Both the position numbers and the translations under genes were made by a program. A model generated the notes under the pieces. That model was not told the origin of the DNA and did no database searches. It saw only the letters and a list, made by a program, of their open reading frames with translations. A DNA stretch of 64,000 bases, taken from contig MWCI01000006.1 of the NCBI GenBank assembly GCA_002069965.1, positions 888-64,887 on the forward strand, in the 5' to 3' direction. This document shows, one piece after another, positions 35,868 through 45,855 of this stretch. This DNA is from Spirochaetes bacterium ADurb.Bin218. Lineage in GTDB: Bacteria; Spirochaetota; UBA4802; UBA5550. Positions within the stretch are counted from its first letter, which is position 1; every line of letters starts with the position of its first letter.

Positions 35868-37604
35868 TTATATCTTTTCAAATCTACTCTGGAAATAATT
35901 TTTGTAAATTTTAAGTCCAAGCTTGTTTTGTTGTTCTATTATTTCTTTTAAAATTTCAGGTGTTGTGAGAGGATTTATTGTAATTGCCCTGAGAACAACA
36001 CAATCTTGATAAAAATACTGAGGAGCATCTATCATGGTCCTTGACACAAAGCTATCATCTTCTTCTCTTATAGCCTTGTGAAGTTCTGTATTGAGATCAT
36101 TTAAGAGTAGATTTATTTTTTCTACCCGATTTAGATATTCCATTTTGATAAATTGATTCCTGTCATCTTTAAAATCTTCATTTTGAATTCTGCTCATAAG
36201 TTTATTGAGCTGTTCCTGAACATACTTTGGTACAAATCTATAATTAAAAATAAAAAGTTCAGGCTGATTCATTGCCTCAAAGTTGCAGTGCATTTCTACA
36301 AGACCTCTGAGAACTGATGTCAGCTCAAAGGCATAATCAAAGATCAGCTTAAATCCCTCTTTGCCAAAGATCTTTAATGTTGCCCATGGCTTAAGAGCTG
36401 CAAAGGGTCGAGATCCCTCTACGGAAAATCTTCCAAGGTCAACAGAATCCGGTCTTATTATATAGTTGGAATAGTGCTGCAATGCTCTAAGCTCTGTTCC
36501 GTTTCTAAAAAATACCATTCCAAGGGAGGGAGGAGCATACATTAGTTTATGAGCATCTACTGTTACAGAGTCAGCTTTTTCTATTCCGGAAAATAGATAT
36601 CTATATTCATCTGAAAGGAGTAAAGAGCCACCCCATGCAGCATCTACATGGAAAAAGGCATTATATTGTGTGGCAATTTTTCTAATCTCCTTAAGGTTAT
36701 CGATATTGCCTGTTTCAGTTGTCCCTGCAATTCCTACTATGGCAATTATCTTGGTCTTTGGACCTCCATTTAGGCCAGTTTCCTCAAGCTCTCTGCAGGT
36801 CTTTTCCAGTTTTATAATATCAATCTTATTTTTTGAATCAACAGGTATTTTTATTACATTTTGATTTCCCAGACCTATTGTTCTCCCAACCTTATCTATG
36901 GAATAGTGACCTCTCTTAGAAACAAGAATTACAGCTCTATCCACTCCATAATATTTATATGCCTCAGCAATTCCAGCCTCTCTAATACCAGGGAATCTGC
37001 CATGTGGCCCAAAGGCGAGATTACGGGCAGTTAAAAGAGCTGTCAGGTTTGCCATTGTGCCATCAAGGGTGAGATTTCCCAGAGCTATATCTTTATTCTG
37101 TATATTGGCCTTATAAAATTTTGTAGATCTGCGAAATATTATTCTGTGCATCCATGCAAGGAGTTCCTTTTCTACAAATGTGGATGCTTTTGCAGATTCA
37201 ATCTTCACCTGATTTTGATTAAGAGCTGCAATTATCATTTCAAGGAGAATCATGAAATAAGGAATGGCGCTTGTCATGTGGCCAATATAATAGGGATTGC
37301 CAACCTTTACAGAGTGGGCAATTATTTTTGTCTTTATCTCATAAAGAACATCTTTGAGTCTGTGGGGATTTTCTGGAATATCTATATTGGAAAAGATCTT
37401 TGCAAGTTCAGGCAAAAGTATTGAGCTGTGGATACCGCCTTTTTCTGTAAAGAATTTGTGGATCATATCCAGAAGTTCGTTGCCAAACTCATGGAATTTG
37501 TCCGGGGATTCAGGCATAATAAAAAGTTTGCGGATCTGCTCTATGTCAACAGGTATTCCATCTTTTGTTATATGCTGTTTATGATGTTTCTGGTTTGAAT
37601 ACAT
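35868..37604 (-). CDS. PLP-dependent group II decarboxylase (L-2,4-diaminobutyrate / tyrosine / glutamate decarboxylase family)
   Basis: PLP-Lys motif SVTVDAHKLMYAP and the PYYIGHMTS N-terminal motif of Pyridoxal_deC. 578 aa. Confidence 0.7.
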   Translation of the reverse strand: MYSNQKHHKQHITKDGIPVDIEQIRKLFIMPESPDKFHEFGNELLDMIHKFFTEKGGIHSSILLPELAKIFSNIDIPENPHRLKDVLYEIKTKIIAHSVKVGNPYYIGHMTSAIPYFMILLEMIIAALNQNQVKIESAKASTFVEKELLAWMHRIIFRRSTKFYKANIQNKDIALGNLTLDGTMANLTALLTARNLAFGPHGRFPGIREAGIAEAYKYYGVDRAVILVSKRGHYSIDKVGRTIGLGNQNVIKIPVDSKNKIDIIKLEKTCRELEETGLNGGPKTKIIAIVGIAGTTETGNIDNLKEIRKIATQYNAFFHVDAAWGGSLLLSDEYRYLFSGIEKADSVTVDAHKLMYAPPSLGMVFFRNGTELRALQHYSNYIIRPDSVDLGRFSVEGSRPFAALKPWATLKIFGKEGFKLIFDYAFELTSVLRGLVEMHCNFEAMNQPELFIFNYRFVPKYVQEQLNKLMSRIQNEDFKDDRNQFIKMEYLNRVEKINLLLNDLNTELHKAIREEDDSFVSRTMIDAPQYFYQDCVVLRAITINPLTTPEILKEIIEQQNKLGLKIYKNYFQSRFEKI

Positions 37605-37763
37605 CTGTCCCCCTTAAGTCTTAACCAGTAGATTAGGGGACTTTTATTTTTCAAGTTTTTTTCAAAAATAAAATAATAATTAAAAATCTTATTCTTGACA
37701 TAGTTATCATATTTTGTCTTTTAGATTTTTTAATTTTTATAAATTAAATTTTGTGGATTGGCT

Positions 37764-39011
37764 ATGATGAAGACATTACCTTTTACAAAGGAACAGATTG
37801 AAGAAATAATAAAGGAGTATCCTACTCCATTTCACTTATATTACGAAAAGGGTATGAGAGAAAATGCCAGGAGGCTTTTTAAAGCCTTTTCCTGGGCACC
37901 AGGGTTTAGAGAGTACTTCGCAGTGAAGGCAAACCCCAATCCTCATATAATAAAAATAATGAAGGAAGAGGGCTGTGGTGCTGATTGCAGTTCCTTACCA
38001 GAACTTATTCTGGCAGAGAGGGTTGGTATCAAAGGCGATATGATAATGCTTACTTCTAATAATACCCCTGCTGAGGAATATAGATATGCGAAGAATTTAG
38101 GGGCAATATTGAATCTTGATGATATAACTCATATAGACTATGTTGATAAACACGTTGGTCTTCCAGAGGTCATATCCTTTAGATATAATCCTGGCCCCCT
38201 GAAGGGAGGGAATTCAATTATAGGAGTCCCTGAAGAGGCAAAATATGGGCTTACAAGGGAACAGCTTTTTGATGCTTACAAAATTGTAAAATCAAGGGGC
38301 GTGAAGACCTTTGGACTTCATACAATGATTGCTTCCAATGAACTCAATGCGGATTATTTTGTGGATACAGCGGAGATTTTATTTGATCTTGTCTATGACT
38401 TGAGCACAGAGATAAAGATTGACTTTGACTTTGTAAATCTTGGGGGAGGTTTTGGAATTCCCTACAGGCCTGGAGACAAGCCCCTTGATCTTGAATATAT
38501 TAGCGAAAAAATAAGACTTGCCTATGAGGAAAAAATAATAGCCCGAGGTCTTAAACCTTTGAGGATTTGCATGGAAAGTGGCAGGATGATGACAGGGCCC
38601 TATGGCTTCCTTGTAACAAGGGCTATACATAGAAAGAATATTTATAAAAATTATATCGGAGTTGATGCCTGTATGGCAGATCTCATGAGGCCTGCTATTT
38701 ATGGTGCTTATCATCACATTACAGTTCTTGGTAAAGAAAATCAAAAGCATGATCACAGGTATGATGTAACAGGTTCTCTCTGTGAGAATAATGATAAGTT
38801 TGCCATTGATAGAATGCTTCCTGAGATAGAGATAGGTGATATTCTTGTAATTCACGACACTGGTGCTCATGGTTATGCAATGGGATTTAATTATAATGGC
38901 AAGCTCAGATCAGCAGAGCTCTTGCTAAGAGAAGATGGAACAGTGAAAAAGATCAGGCGTGCAGAGACAGTAGATGATTATTTTGCCACTTTGGATTTTA
39001 GCACCCTGTGA
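37764..39011 (+). CDS. Orn/DAP/Arg decarboxylase family-2 enzyme (diaminopimelate or carboxy(nor)spermidine decarboxylase-like)
   Basis: YFAVKANPNP PLP-Lys motif and GGGFGIPY. Alanine-racemase-like fold. ATG at 37764, in frame with the ORF-track start at 37758. Confidence 0.7.
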   Translation: MMKTLPFTKEQIEEIIKEYPTPFHLYYEKGMRENARRLFKAFSWAPGFREYFAVKANPNPHIIKIMKEEGCGADCSSLPELILAERVGIKGDMIMLTSNNTPAEEYRYAKNLGAILNLDDITHIDYVDKHVGLPEVISFRYNPGPLKGGNSIIGVPEEAKYGLTREQLFDAYKIVKSRGVKTFGLHTMIASNELNADYFVDTAEILFDLVYDLSTEIKIDFDFVNLGGGFGIPYRPGDKPLDLEYISEKIRLAYEEKIIARGLKPLRICMESGRMMTGPYGFLVTRAIHRKNIYKNYIGVDACMADLMRPAIYGAYHHITVLGKENQKHDHRYDVTGSLCENNDKFAIDRMLPEIEIGDILVIHDTGAHGYAMGFNYNGKLRSAELLLREDGTVKKIRRAETVDDYFATLDFSTL

Positions 39012-39039
39012 AAACTCTATAAATTTTAAGCCTGAAGGG

Positions 39040-39489
39040 CTATTTCCCTTCAAGCTTTTTTTGTAGAATTTCTTTTATGATATTACCATCTGCCTTGCCT
39101 TTTAGTTCCTTTGAAGCTATCCCCATGAGTTTGCCAAACATCTTTTGAGATACCTCTCCTGCTTCTGCTATTATCCTGTCCAGCACCTTGCTTATCTCTT
39201 CCTCTGACATCTGTTCTGGAAGGTATTCTTCTATTATTTTCAGCTCAACTTTTTCTTTATCTGCAAGGTCATTTCTGCCTGCATTTTCATATTCCTTGAT
39301 GGCCTCTTTTCGTTTTTTGGCTGCCCTTTTTATTACATCAAGTATCTGATCATCATTGAGTTCAATCCCTGTTTTTGCCTTTTCATACATGAGATCTGAT
39401 TTTAGCATCTTGAGAGTGCCTGCCCGCTCTGAGTCGCCAGATTTCATTGCATTTCGCATGTCTTCTTCAATCTTTGCTGCAAGAGTCAT
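39040..39489 (-). CDS. GatB/YqeY domain protein
   Basis: 149 aa, full-length similarity to the YqeY family (KIEEDMRNAMKSGDSERAGTLKMLKSDL). Confidence 0.8.
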   Translation of the reverse strand: MTLAAKIEEDMRNAMKSGDSERAGTLKMLKSDLMYEKAKTGIELNDDQILDVIKRAAKKRKEAIKEYENAGRNDLADKEKVELKIIEEYLPEQMSEEEISKVLDRIIAEAGEVSQKMFGKLMGIASKELKGKADGNIIKEILQKKLEGK

Positions 39490-39590
39490 AATCCCTCCAT
39501 TGGTTTTTATTTTGAGGTGTAATCACTTTTAGTAAACTTCTCTTCCTTATTATGTCAAGTTTTTATGGATGATTTTATCTCAGTTTAACA

Positions 39591-40892
39591 TCACTGCATA
39601 AGGTTTTTCTCTATAAGAGCTTTTACTGGAGCAAGACCTGTGACACTCCCTTGTTCTATGGCCTTAAGCACAGCCCCTCCTCCTGTAAAAATGTAGTATT
39701 CTGGAGAATCAAGAGCAACTATGTAAAGCCCAGGGAGAAGCCTCTTGAGTTCCTGCATGGTATCCCCACCGCCATAAAGCTTAACAGCACTTCTATTTGT
39801 ATCTATGAGTTGATCAAGGGCAATTGTTCCATCATTGAAGTGAGGAGTGTATCCCATAACTGCATTTACAAAAATAGTCTTTGCTCTGTGGAAAACCTCC
39901 TGAACATTTTCATCTCCAAAGCTTTCTGGAGCAACGTCGTATACGTAATTTAGCTCTCCTCCGTTTTTTAGCTCTCTTATGTCTATCTTGCGAAATTTGC
40001 CTTCTTCTCTTGCATCTGCTACATCTGACTCCACAATATATGGAAGCTCAATGAGCTTGCCTGGGAATTTTTCTGCAAAGCTTACGAATTTTTTTGCATG
40101 CTCTATATCCTCATCGTCAATTCCTTTAATCTTGATATTGTATTTTGCAGAGAGATAGGCATTGTATATTACTCCTCCAAGAACAAGATAATCAGCCTTT
40201 TGCAACAAAGCATAAAGTGGCTCAATCTTGGTATCAAATTTTGCTCCTGCAACAACTGCAAGAAAGGGCTTTTGTGGATTAAAGATTCTATCTAAATTCT
40301 CTATTTCTTTCTGGAGTAAAAATCCTGCATAAGATGGCAGAAACTTGCTCACGTCCACTGTGGAGGCGTGTGCTTGCCATGAGCCAAAGGCATCATTTAC
40401 AAATATATCTGCAAGGCCTGCCAGCTGATTTGCAAATCGCACTCTGCTTTCATCCTTTGCCTCTTCTCCATAAAACCATCTTGTGTTTGGAAGATATATT
40501 CCATCTATCTTATCATCTTTTAGATCCTTTATTAGATGGTTGATTGATGTATCAATTCCAATGTATCCTTTTTTTTCATCTGCTATAAATTCTGGGACGT
40601 GAAGCTTTATGTGCAACTTTTGCTGAAGATAATCAACAATGGGCTGCACTGATGTTTTTTCACTGATAAGTATTTCCCCTGTCTTTTTGTTCCTTGGCCT
40701 GCCAACATGCGTCATGAGTATCATCTTTCCGCCTCTGGCGTTGATATGATACATTGTGCCTATGGTTGCATCAATTCTATAAGGGTCATGTATTAGCCCG
40801 CCTTTGACTACATTGTGATCTACACGCACCAGAACGATTTTCCCTTTTAAATCTGCATTTTGAATTAGTGGGATATTTAATCCTGAGAGCAT
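39591..40892 (-). CDS. pgk: phosphoglycerate kinase family protein (divergent)
   Basis: PGK motifs KIVLVRVDHNV, LMTHVGRP, NDAFGSWQAHAST, GGGDT...TGGGA. It is 433 aa, whereas canonical PGK is about 395 aa. Confidence 0.7.
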   Translation of the reverse strand: MLSGLNIPLIQNADLKGKIVLVRVDHNVVKGGLIHDPYRIDATIGTMYHINARGGKMILMTHVGRPRNKKTGEILISEKTSVQPIVDYLQQKLHIKLHVPEFIADEKKGYIGIDTSINHLIKDLKDDKIDGIYLPNTRWFYGEEAKDESRVRFANQLAGLADIFVNDAFGSWQAHASTVDVSKFLPSYAGFLLQKEIENLDRIFNPQKPFLAVVAGAKFDTKIEPLYALLQKADYLVLGGVIYNAYLSAKYNIKIKGIDDEDIEHAKKFVSFAEKFPGKLIELPYIVESDVADAREEGKFRKIDIRELKNGGELNYVYDVAPESFGDENVQEVFHRAKTIFVNAVMGYTPHFNDGTIALDQLIDTNRSAVKLYGGGDTMQELKRLLPGLYIVALDSPEYYIFTGGGAVLKAIEQGSVTGLAPVKALIEKNLMQ

Positions 40893-40994
40893 ATTAACCC
40901 TCCTTTTGTTTTTATTGATATATATTAATTAAGATATAGTTATAAGGCAAAAGTTTAAATCTTTTAAGAGAAAATTTTTATTTTTAAATTTTTT

Positions 40995-41109
40995 CACTTA
41001 TTCCTAAATATAATTTTTAGTGTAAAATTAAGAAACCCTTATGCCGAAGACTTCGGCTGAGGGGATAAGAGAGTATTTTTATCGTAAAAAAGTTAAGGAA
41101 TAAACAGTG
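40995..41109 (-). repeat. MITE-like dispersed element, copy E (inverted orientation)
   Basis: Reverse complement: CACTGTTTATTCCTTAACTTTTTTACGATAAAAATACTCTCTTATCCCCTCAGCCGAAGTCTTCGGCATAAGGG...TTTACACTAAAAATTATATTTAGGAATAAGTG. Confidence 0.6.
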
Positions 41110-41215
41110 AAAATTTTTCAATGTTAATTTCTATTAAAGTAATAGATATTCTTATGAATTATTAGTGGAATTTTTTTAAATAGGGCTTGACGTTAATAGG
41201 GGTATTTTATATTAC

Positions 41216-41237
41216 TATATCAAGATAAATTGATATA
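41216..41237 (+). promoter_or_regulatory. palindrome overlapping start codon of the ArsR-methyltransferase gene (candidate ArsR autoregulatory operator)
   Basis: TATATCAA-gataaa-TTGATATA with 8-bp arms. The -35-like CTTGACG lies 24 nt upstream. Confidence 0.4.
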
Positions 41238-42148
41238 TGGAAGTGTTAAATTATTTAAAAGCCCTTGCTGATGAGACAAGACTCAGGATTGTATCCCTCC
41301 TTAGTGAGGGTGAACTCAATGTAAATGAGATTGTTGAGATTCTTGCCATGGGTCAGTCAAGGATCTCACGACATCTTAAGATATTGCTTGATGCTGGCAT
41401 TGTAAAATGCCGCAAGGATGGTTTGTGGGCCTTTTATAGTCTAAGCAGCAGCGATTTTGCTAAGAAGCTCCTTGATTTTTTATATGGAGCTATGACTGAT
41501 GAAATTTTTGAATCTGACAGAATTTCCCTTAAATTATTTAAAGAAGAAAAGTATATTAAGGAAAGAGAATTCTTTGATAATATAGCTCCTGGTTGGTCTT
41601 CTATAAAAAAGGAGTTGCTCTGTGGGTTTGATCTCAATGAATATATGTTAAGGGAGTTAAATGGTGCCAGGGTTGTTGCTGATCTTGGATGCGGTAATGG
41701 GGAACTGGCTCTTTTGCTTGCACAGAAGGGCGCAAGGGTGATAGGGGTTGATCATTCTCCTGTGATGCTTGAAATTGCCAGAGATCTTTTTGTTAAGAAA
41801 AACCTTGTCAATGGCGAGTTTCGTCTCGGGGAGCTATATCATCTGCCCTTAAAAAATAAGGAGGTTGATATGGTTGTAATCAATATGGTTCTTCATTATC
41901 TGGATAACCCCTTAGCTGTTTTGAAAGAGTCTTTTCGTATTCTCAAAAATAAAGGCAGGCTTGTCATTGGTGACTTTCTGCCTCATAATAATGAACAGTT
42001 GCGAGTTGCCTTTTCCCATAGATGGCTTGGATTTTCTGAGTCTCTTATATATGAATGGCTGAATCACTGTGGATTTTCTTCTTTTACTATGAATAAATTT
42101 GAAATAAGTCAAAGTCTTGGGATTTTTATATGCTCTTGCACAAAGTAG
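41237..42148 (+). CDS. ArsR-family HTH fused to class-I SAM-dependent methyltransferase
   Basis: N-terminal ArsR HTH LADETRLRIVSLLSEGELNVNEIVEILAMGQSRISRHLKIL. SAM motif VADLGCGNGELALLLAQKGARVIGVD. Confidence 0.8.
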   Translation: MEVLNYLKALADETRLRIVSLLSEGELNVNEIVEILAMGQSRISRHLKILLDAGIVKCRKDGLWAFYSLSSSDFAKKLLDFLYGAMTDEIFESDRISLKLFKEEKYIKEREFFDNIAPGWSSIKKELLCGFDLNEYMLRELNGARVVADLGCGNGELALLLAQKGARVIGVDHSPVMLEIARDLFVKKNLVNGEFRLGELYHLPLKNKEVDMVVINMVLHYLDNPLAVLKESFRILKNKGRLVIGDFLPHNNEQLRVAFSHRWLGFSESLIYEWLNHCGFSSFTMNKFEISQSLGIFICSCTK

Positions 42149-42196
42149 TGAGGGGAAAATTTTTATTAATTGGAATATTATAACAAGGAGTTTTTT

Positions 42197-43639
42197 ATGA
42201 ATATAAAAAGTAAGAATGATTTTCTTGAACTGGATCTTAACCTTAGATATAAGGTTGCAGATATCTCCCTTGCTGATTGGGGCAGAAAGGAAATTGAAAT
42301 TGCAGAGTCTGAGATGCCAGGTCTTATGGCAGTGAGGGAAAAGTATGGCAAGAATAAGCCATTAAAGGGTCTGCGAGTTTCTGGAAGCCTTCACATGACA
42401 ATTCAAACTGCAGTGTTAATTGAAACCCTCATTGAACTTGGAGCTGATGTTAGATGGGCTTCCTGCAATATATTCTCAACGCAGGATCATGCTGCTGCTG
42501 CCATTGCAAAGGCTGGTAAATGTGCTGTTTTTGCATGGAAGGGTGAGACTCTTCCTGAATACTGGTGGTGCACAGAAATGGCTCTTACATGGCCAGATGG
42601 AACAGGCCCTGATTTACTTGTAGATGATGGTGGGGATGCAACTTTATTTATTCATCAGTGCTTTAAGGCCGAAGAGGATCCATCTATCCTCAACAGGCAA
42701 TACGACCATAAAGAGATGCAGATTGTAATGGAAAGGATCAAGCACAGCATAAAAAGAGATCCCAAGAGATGGACAAGGGATGTTAAAAAGATACGTGGTG
42801 TGTCAGAGGAAACAACAACCGGTGTTCACAGATTATATCAAATGCAAAAAAATGGAGAATTGCTTTTCCCAGCAATTAATGTCAATGATTCTGTTACTAA
42901 GTCAAAGTTTGATAATCTCTATGGATGCAGGGAATCCCTTGCTGATGGCATCAAGAGAGCAACTGATGTTATGGTTGCAGGTAAGGTTGTTGTTGTTTGT
43001 GGTTACGGTGATGTCGGAAAGGGTTGCGCTCAGTCTATGAGGTGGTTTGGAGCAAGAGTGCTTATAACTGAAATAGATCCTATATGTGCTTTGCAGGCTG
43101 CTATGGAGGGCTATGAGGTTACTACAATGGAAAAGGCTGCTCCAATTGGAGATATCTTTGTAACAGCCACAGGCAACAAGGATGTAATCACTGGCAAGCA
43201 CATGGAGCAAATGAAGGATGGGGCAATTGTCTGCAACATAGGTCACTTTGACAGTGAAATTTCCATGCACTACCTTGAGAATAATCCAAAATATAAAAAG
43301 ACAAATATTAAGCCTCAGGTGGATAAGTGGACTCTTGAAAGAGGTCATTCTATAATTGTTCTTGCAGAGGGGCGTCTTGTTAATCTCGGATGTGCAACTG
43401 GCCACCCAAGTTTTGTGATGAGTACAAGCTTTACAAATCAGGCTCTTGCCCAGATTGAGCTTGCTACAAATAAGTATGATACAAAGGTTTATACTCTTCC
43501 TAAGAAACTTGATGAAGAGGTCGCAAGGCTGCACCTTGCAAAGCTTGGAGTGAAGCTGACCAAACTCACAAAAGAACAGGCAGAATATATAGGTGTCCCA
43601 ATAAATGGCCCTTTCAAGCCAGATCATTACAGATACTGA
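42197..43639 (+). CDS. ahcY: adenosylhomocysteinase
   Basis: [27 protein letters not shown] and the NAD-binding [10 protein letters not shown] motif. The ATG at 42197 follows RBS AAGGAG. The ORF-track start at 42170 is less likely. Confidence 0.9.
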   Translation: MNIKSKNDFLELDLNLRYKVADISLADWGRKEIEIAESEMPGLMAVREKYGKNKPLKGLRVSGSLHMTIQTAVLIETLIELGADVRWASCNIFSTQDHAAAAIAKAGKCAVFAWKGETLPEYWWCTEMALTWPDGTGPDLLVDDGGDATLFIHQCFKAEEDPSILNRQYDHKEMQIVMERIKHSIKRDPKRWTRDVKKIRGVSEETTTGVHRLYQMQKNGELLFPAINVNDSVTKSKFDNLYGCRESLADGIKRATDVMVAGKVVVVCGYGDVGKGCAQSMRWFGARVLITEIDPICALQAAMEGYEVTTMEKAAPIGDIFVTATGNKDVITGKHMEQMKDGAIVCNIGHFDSEISMHYLENNPKYKKTNIKPQVDKWTLERGHSIIVLAEGRLVNLGCATGHPSFVMSTSFTNQALAQIELATNKYDTKVYTLPKKLDEEVARLHLAKLGVKLTKLTKEQAEYIGVPINGPFKPDHYRY

Positions 43640-43666
43640 TTTTCAATAATTTATAGCTATAAAAAT

Positions 43667-43701
43667 AAAAGCGGTTTTTTCAAAGCCGCTTTTATTTTTT
43701 T
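43667..43701 (+). terminator. rho-independent terminator after ahcY
   Basis: AAAAGCGG-loop-CCGCTTTT followed by ATTTTTTT. Confidence 0.7.
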
Positions 43702-43784
43702 AAGAAGGCTTTTTTCTTACTTGAAAAATATGGCTATAAAAGCTATTTGCTGATAAATATCGATTTTTATATCAGGAGAGATTG

Positions 43785-45173
43785 ATGTCTGATAAGAAAG
43801 AAAAAAAATTATGGGGTGGTAGATTTTCCGCTGCCTCATCAGATATAACAGAGAGGATCTCTGCCTCTGTGCATTTTGATTCAAGAATGTATAAGCAGGA
43901 TATAAGAGGTTCCATTGCCCATGCAAAGATGCTTGCTTCCATAGGTATTTTGTCTGAGGATGAGTTACAGGCTATAATCAATGGCCTTGTTGAGATAGAA
44001 AAAGAAATTGATGAAGGGAAATTTGAGTTCCTCCGATCCCGCGAGGATATTCACATGAATATAGAGGCAACTCTCACAGAGCGTATTGGAATTTTAGGGA
44101 AAAAACTTCACACTGGGAGATCTCGAAATGATCAGGTGGCCACTGATTTCAGGATGTATATAATTGATGAATCTGCTGAAATTGATCAATTGTTAAAAAG
44201 GCTTCTTGGTGAGCTAATTTCTCTGGCAGAAAAAAATATAGATGTTATTATGCCTGGATATACTCATATGCAGGTAGCTCAGCCTGTTAGATTTTCCCAT
44301 CACATTCTTGCCTATGCCTGGCAGATAACAAGAGATAGACAAAGGCTTTCACAGGCTGTGGCTGCATGCAAAAGGCTCCCCCTTGGCAGTGGCGCTCTTG
44401 CTGGTGTAAATTATTCAAGCAACAGAAAATTTATAAAAGATGAGTTGAACTTTGATGATATTATTATGAATTCCATGGATGCTGTAAGTGATAGGGATTT
44501 TGCTTTAGATTTTCTTTATTTTGCTACTGTCCTTGGTATTCATCTTTCTCGCTTTTGTGAGGAGCTTGTCCTGTGGTCTTCCTCTGAGTTCAATTTTATA
44601 CGCCTTTCTGATTCTGTTACCACTGGTTCATCAATAATGCCTCAAAAGAGAAATCCAGATGTGGCTGAACTCATAAGAGGAAAGTCTGGCAGATTAACAG
44701 GCAATCTCATAGCCTTGCTTACTGTGCTTAAAGGTCTACCTATGACATATAACAGGGACATGCAGGAGGATAAGGAGCCTGTTTTTGATTCCATTGACAC
44801 TATCAAACTCTGCCTTGAGGGCATGATAGAGATGCTGTCGACTATGGAAATTAATAGAGAAAAAATGAAAGAGGGTCTTTATAGAAATTTTTCCACTGCA
44901 ACTGATATTGCTGATTATCTTGTAAAGAAGGGAATCTCTTTTCGTGAATCCCACGAGATCTCCGGCAGTATTGTGAAATATTGTGAGGAGAACAATAAGG
45001 ATTTTTTTAAACTATCCGCAGCTGAACTTAGAAATTTTTCTCCTTTAATTGACGAGGAGATCGGAGATGTTCTTGATCCATTAAAGTCAGTGGAACGGAA
45101 ACTGTCAGAGGGAGGAACTTCTCTGTCTTCTGTGCAAAAGCAAATAGTTCTCCTTAAATCTTATCTGGGATAG
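43785..45173 (+). CDS. argH: argininosuccinate lyase
   Basis: LWGGRFS N-terminus and the fumarate-lyase signature GSSIMPQKRNPD. Confidence 0.9.
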   Translation: MSDKKEKKLWGGRFSAASSDITERISASVHFDSRMYKQDIRGSIAHAKMLASIGILSEDELQAIINGLVEIEKEIDEGKFEFLRSREDIHMNIEATLTERIGILGKKLHTGRSRNDQVATDFRMYIIDESAEIDQLLKRLLGELISLAEKNIDVIMPGYTHMQVAQPVRFSHHILAYAWQITRDRQRLSQAVAACKRLPLGSGALAGVNYSSNRKFIKDELNFDDIIMNSMDAVSDRDFALDFLYFATVLGIHLSRFCEELVLWSSSEFNFIRLSDSVTTGSSIMPQKRNPDVAELIRGKSGRLTGNLIALLTVLKGLPMTYNRDMQEDKEPVFDSIDTIKLCLEGMIEMLSTMEINREKMKEGLYRNFSTATDIADYLVKKGISFRESHEISGSIVKYCEENNKDFFKLSAAELRNFSPLIDEEIGDVLDPLKSVERKLSEGGTSLSSVQKQIVLLKSYLG

Positions 45174-45177
45174 AGAG

Positions 45178-45825
45178 ATGTTTGTTCTCAAAAGAAGAAT
45201 TTTTTCTATTGTGCTTACAGTTTTTTTGACTGGAATTTTGTTCATGGTGGCTGTTGATATTTATATCTCTGCCTGCTCAGGAAAATATCTCAGTGAAAAT
45301 CTGGAAGATATTCCTTTCAACAAGTGTGGCTTGCTTCTTGGCACAAGCAAATACAGGCCTGAGGGTGGAATAAACCCATATTTTAAAAATCGCCTTGATG
45401 CTGCTGCAAAGCTTTACCATGCAGGAAAAATAAACTGCATAATTGCCAGCGGAGATAATAGTGAGAAGTATTACAATGAGCCGCGTTTTATGATCAATGG
45501 CCTAAAGGAGAGAGGAATTCCAGCAGAAAAGATATACCCTGATTTTGCAGGTTTTAGAACTTTTGACTCTGTCTTCAGGGCAAAGTATGTTTTTGGACAG
45601 GATTCACTTACTGTAATATCACAAAAGTTTCATAATGAGAGGGCTGTTTATATTGGTCAAAAAATTGGGCTATCCATCTATGGCTTCAATGCTCTGGATC
45701 CAGATGATTCTGATAGGCTCTATATAAGGATTCGGGAGATCTTTGCACGGGCTAAGGCCTTTATCGATTTAAATCTAACTGGTGAAAGGCCAAAATTTCT
45801 TGGAGAGAAGATTATAATAAAATAA
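45178..45825 (+). CDS. SanA/ElyC (DUF218) family membrane protein
   Basis: N-terminal TM helix. DUF218 core GKINCIIASGDNSEKYYNEPRFM...VISQKFHNERAVYI. Confidence 0.7.
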   Translation: MFVLKRRIFSIVLTVFLTGILFMVAVDIYISACSGKYLSENLEDIPFNKCGLLLGTSKYRPEGGINPYFKNRLDAAAKLYHAGKINCIIASGDNSEKYYNEPRFMINGLKERGIPAEKIYPDFAGFRTFDSVFRAKYVFGQDSLTVISQKFHNERAVYIGQKIGLSIYGFNALDPDDSDRLYIRIREIFARAKAFIDLNLTGERPKFLGEKIIIK

Positions 45826-45855
45826 AGTCGTAAGTTTTTAATTCGGGGAATTGTG

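Noticed and set aside
5717-41109. Possibility that the recurring roughly 115-bp repeats are a CRISPR array
   Set aside because: The copies are tens of kb apart, in both orientations, each flanked by unrelated genes. There are no regularly spaced repeat-spacer units and no cas genes.
42902-43627. 241-aa ORF on the minus strand inside ahcY, and many similar 60-160-aa antisense ORFs inside glpK, the hydantoinase, glnN, leuA and others
   Set aside because: They lie fully within well-supported genes on the opposite strand. They have low-complexity composition and no start context, so they are shadow ORFs.
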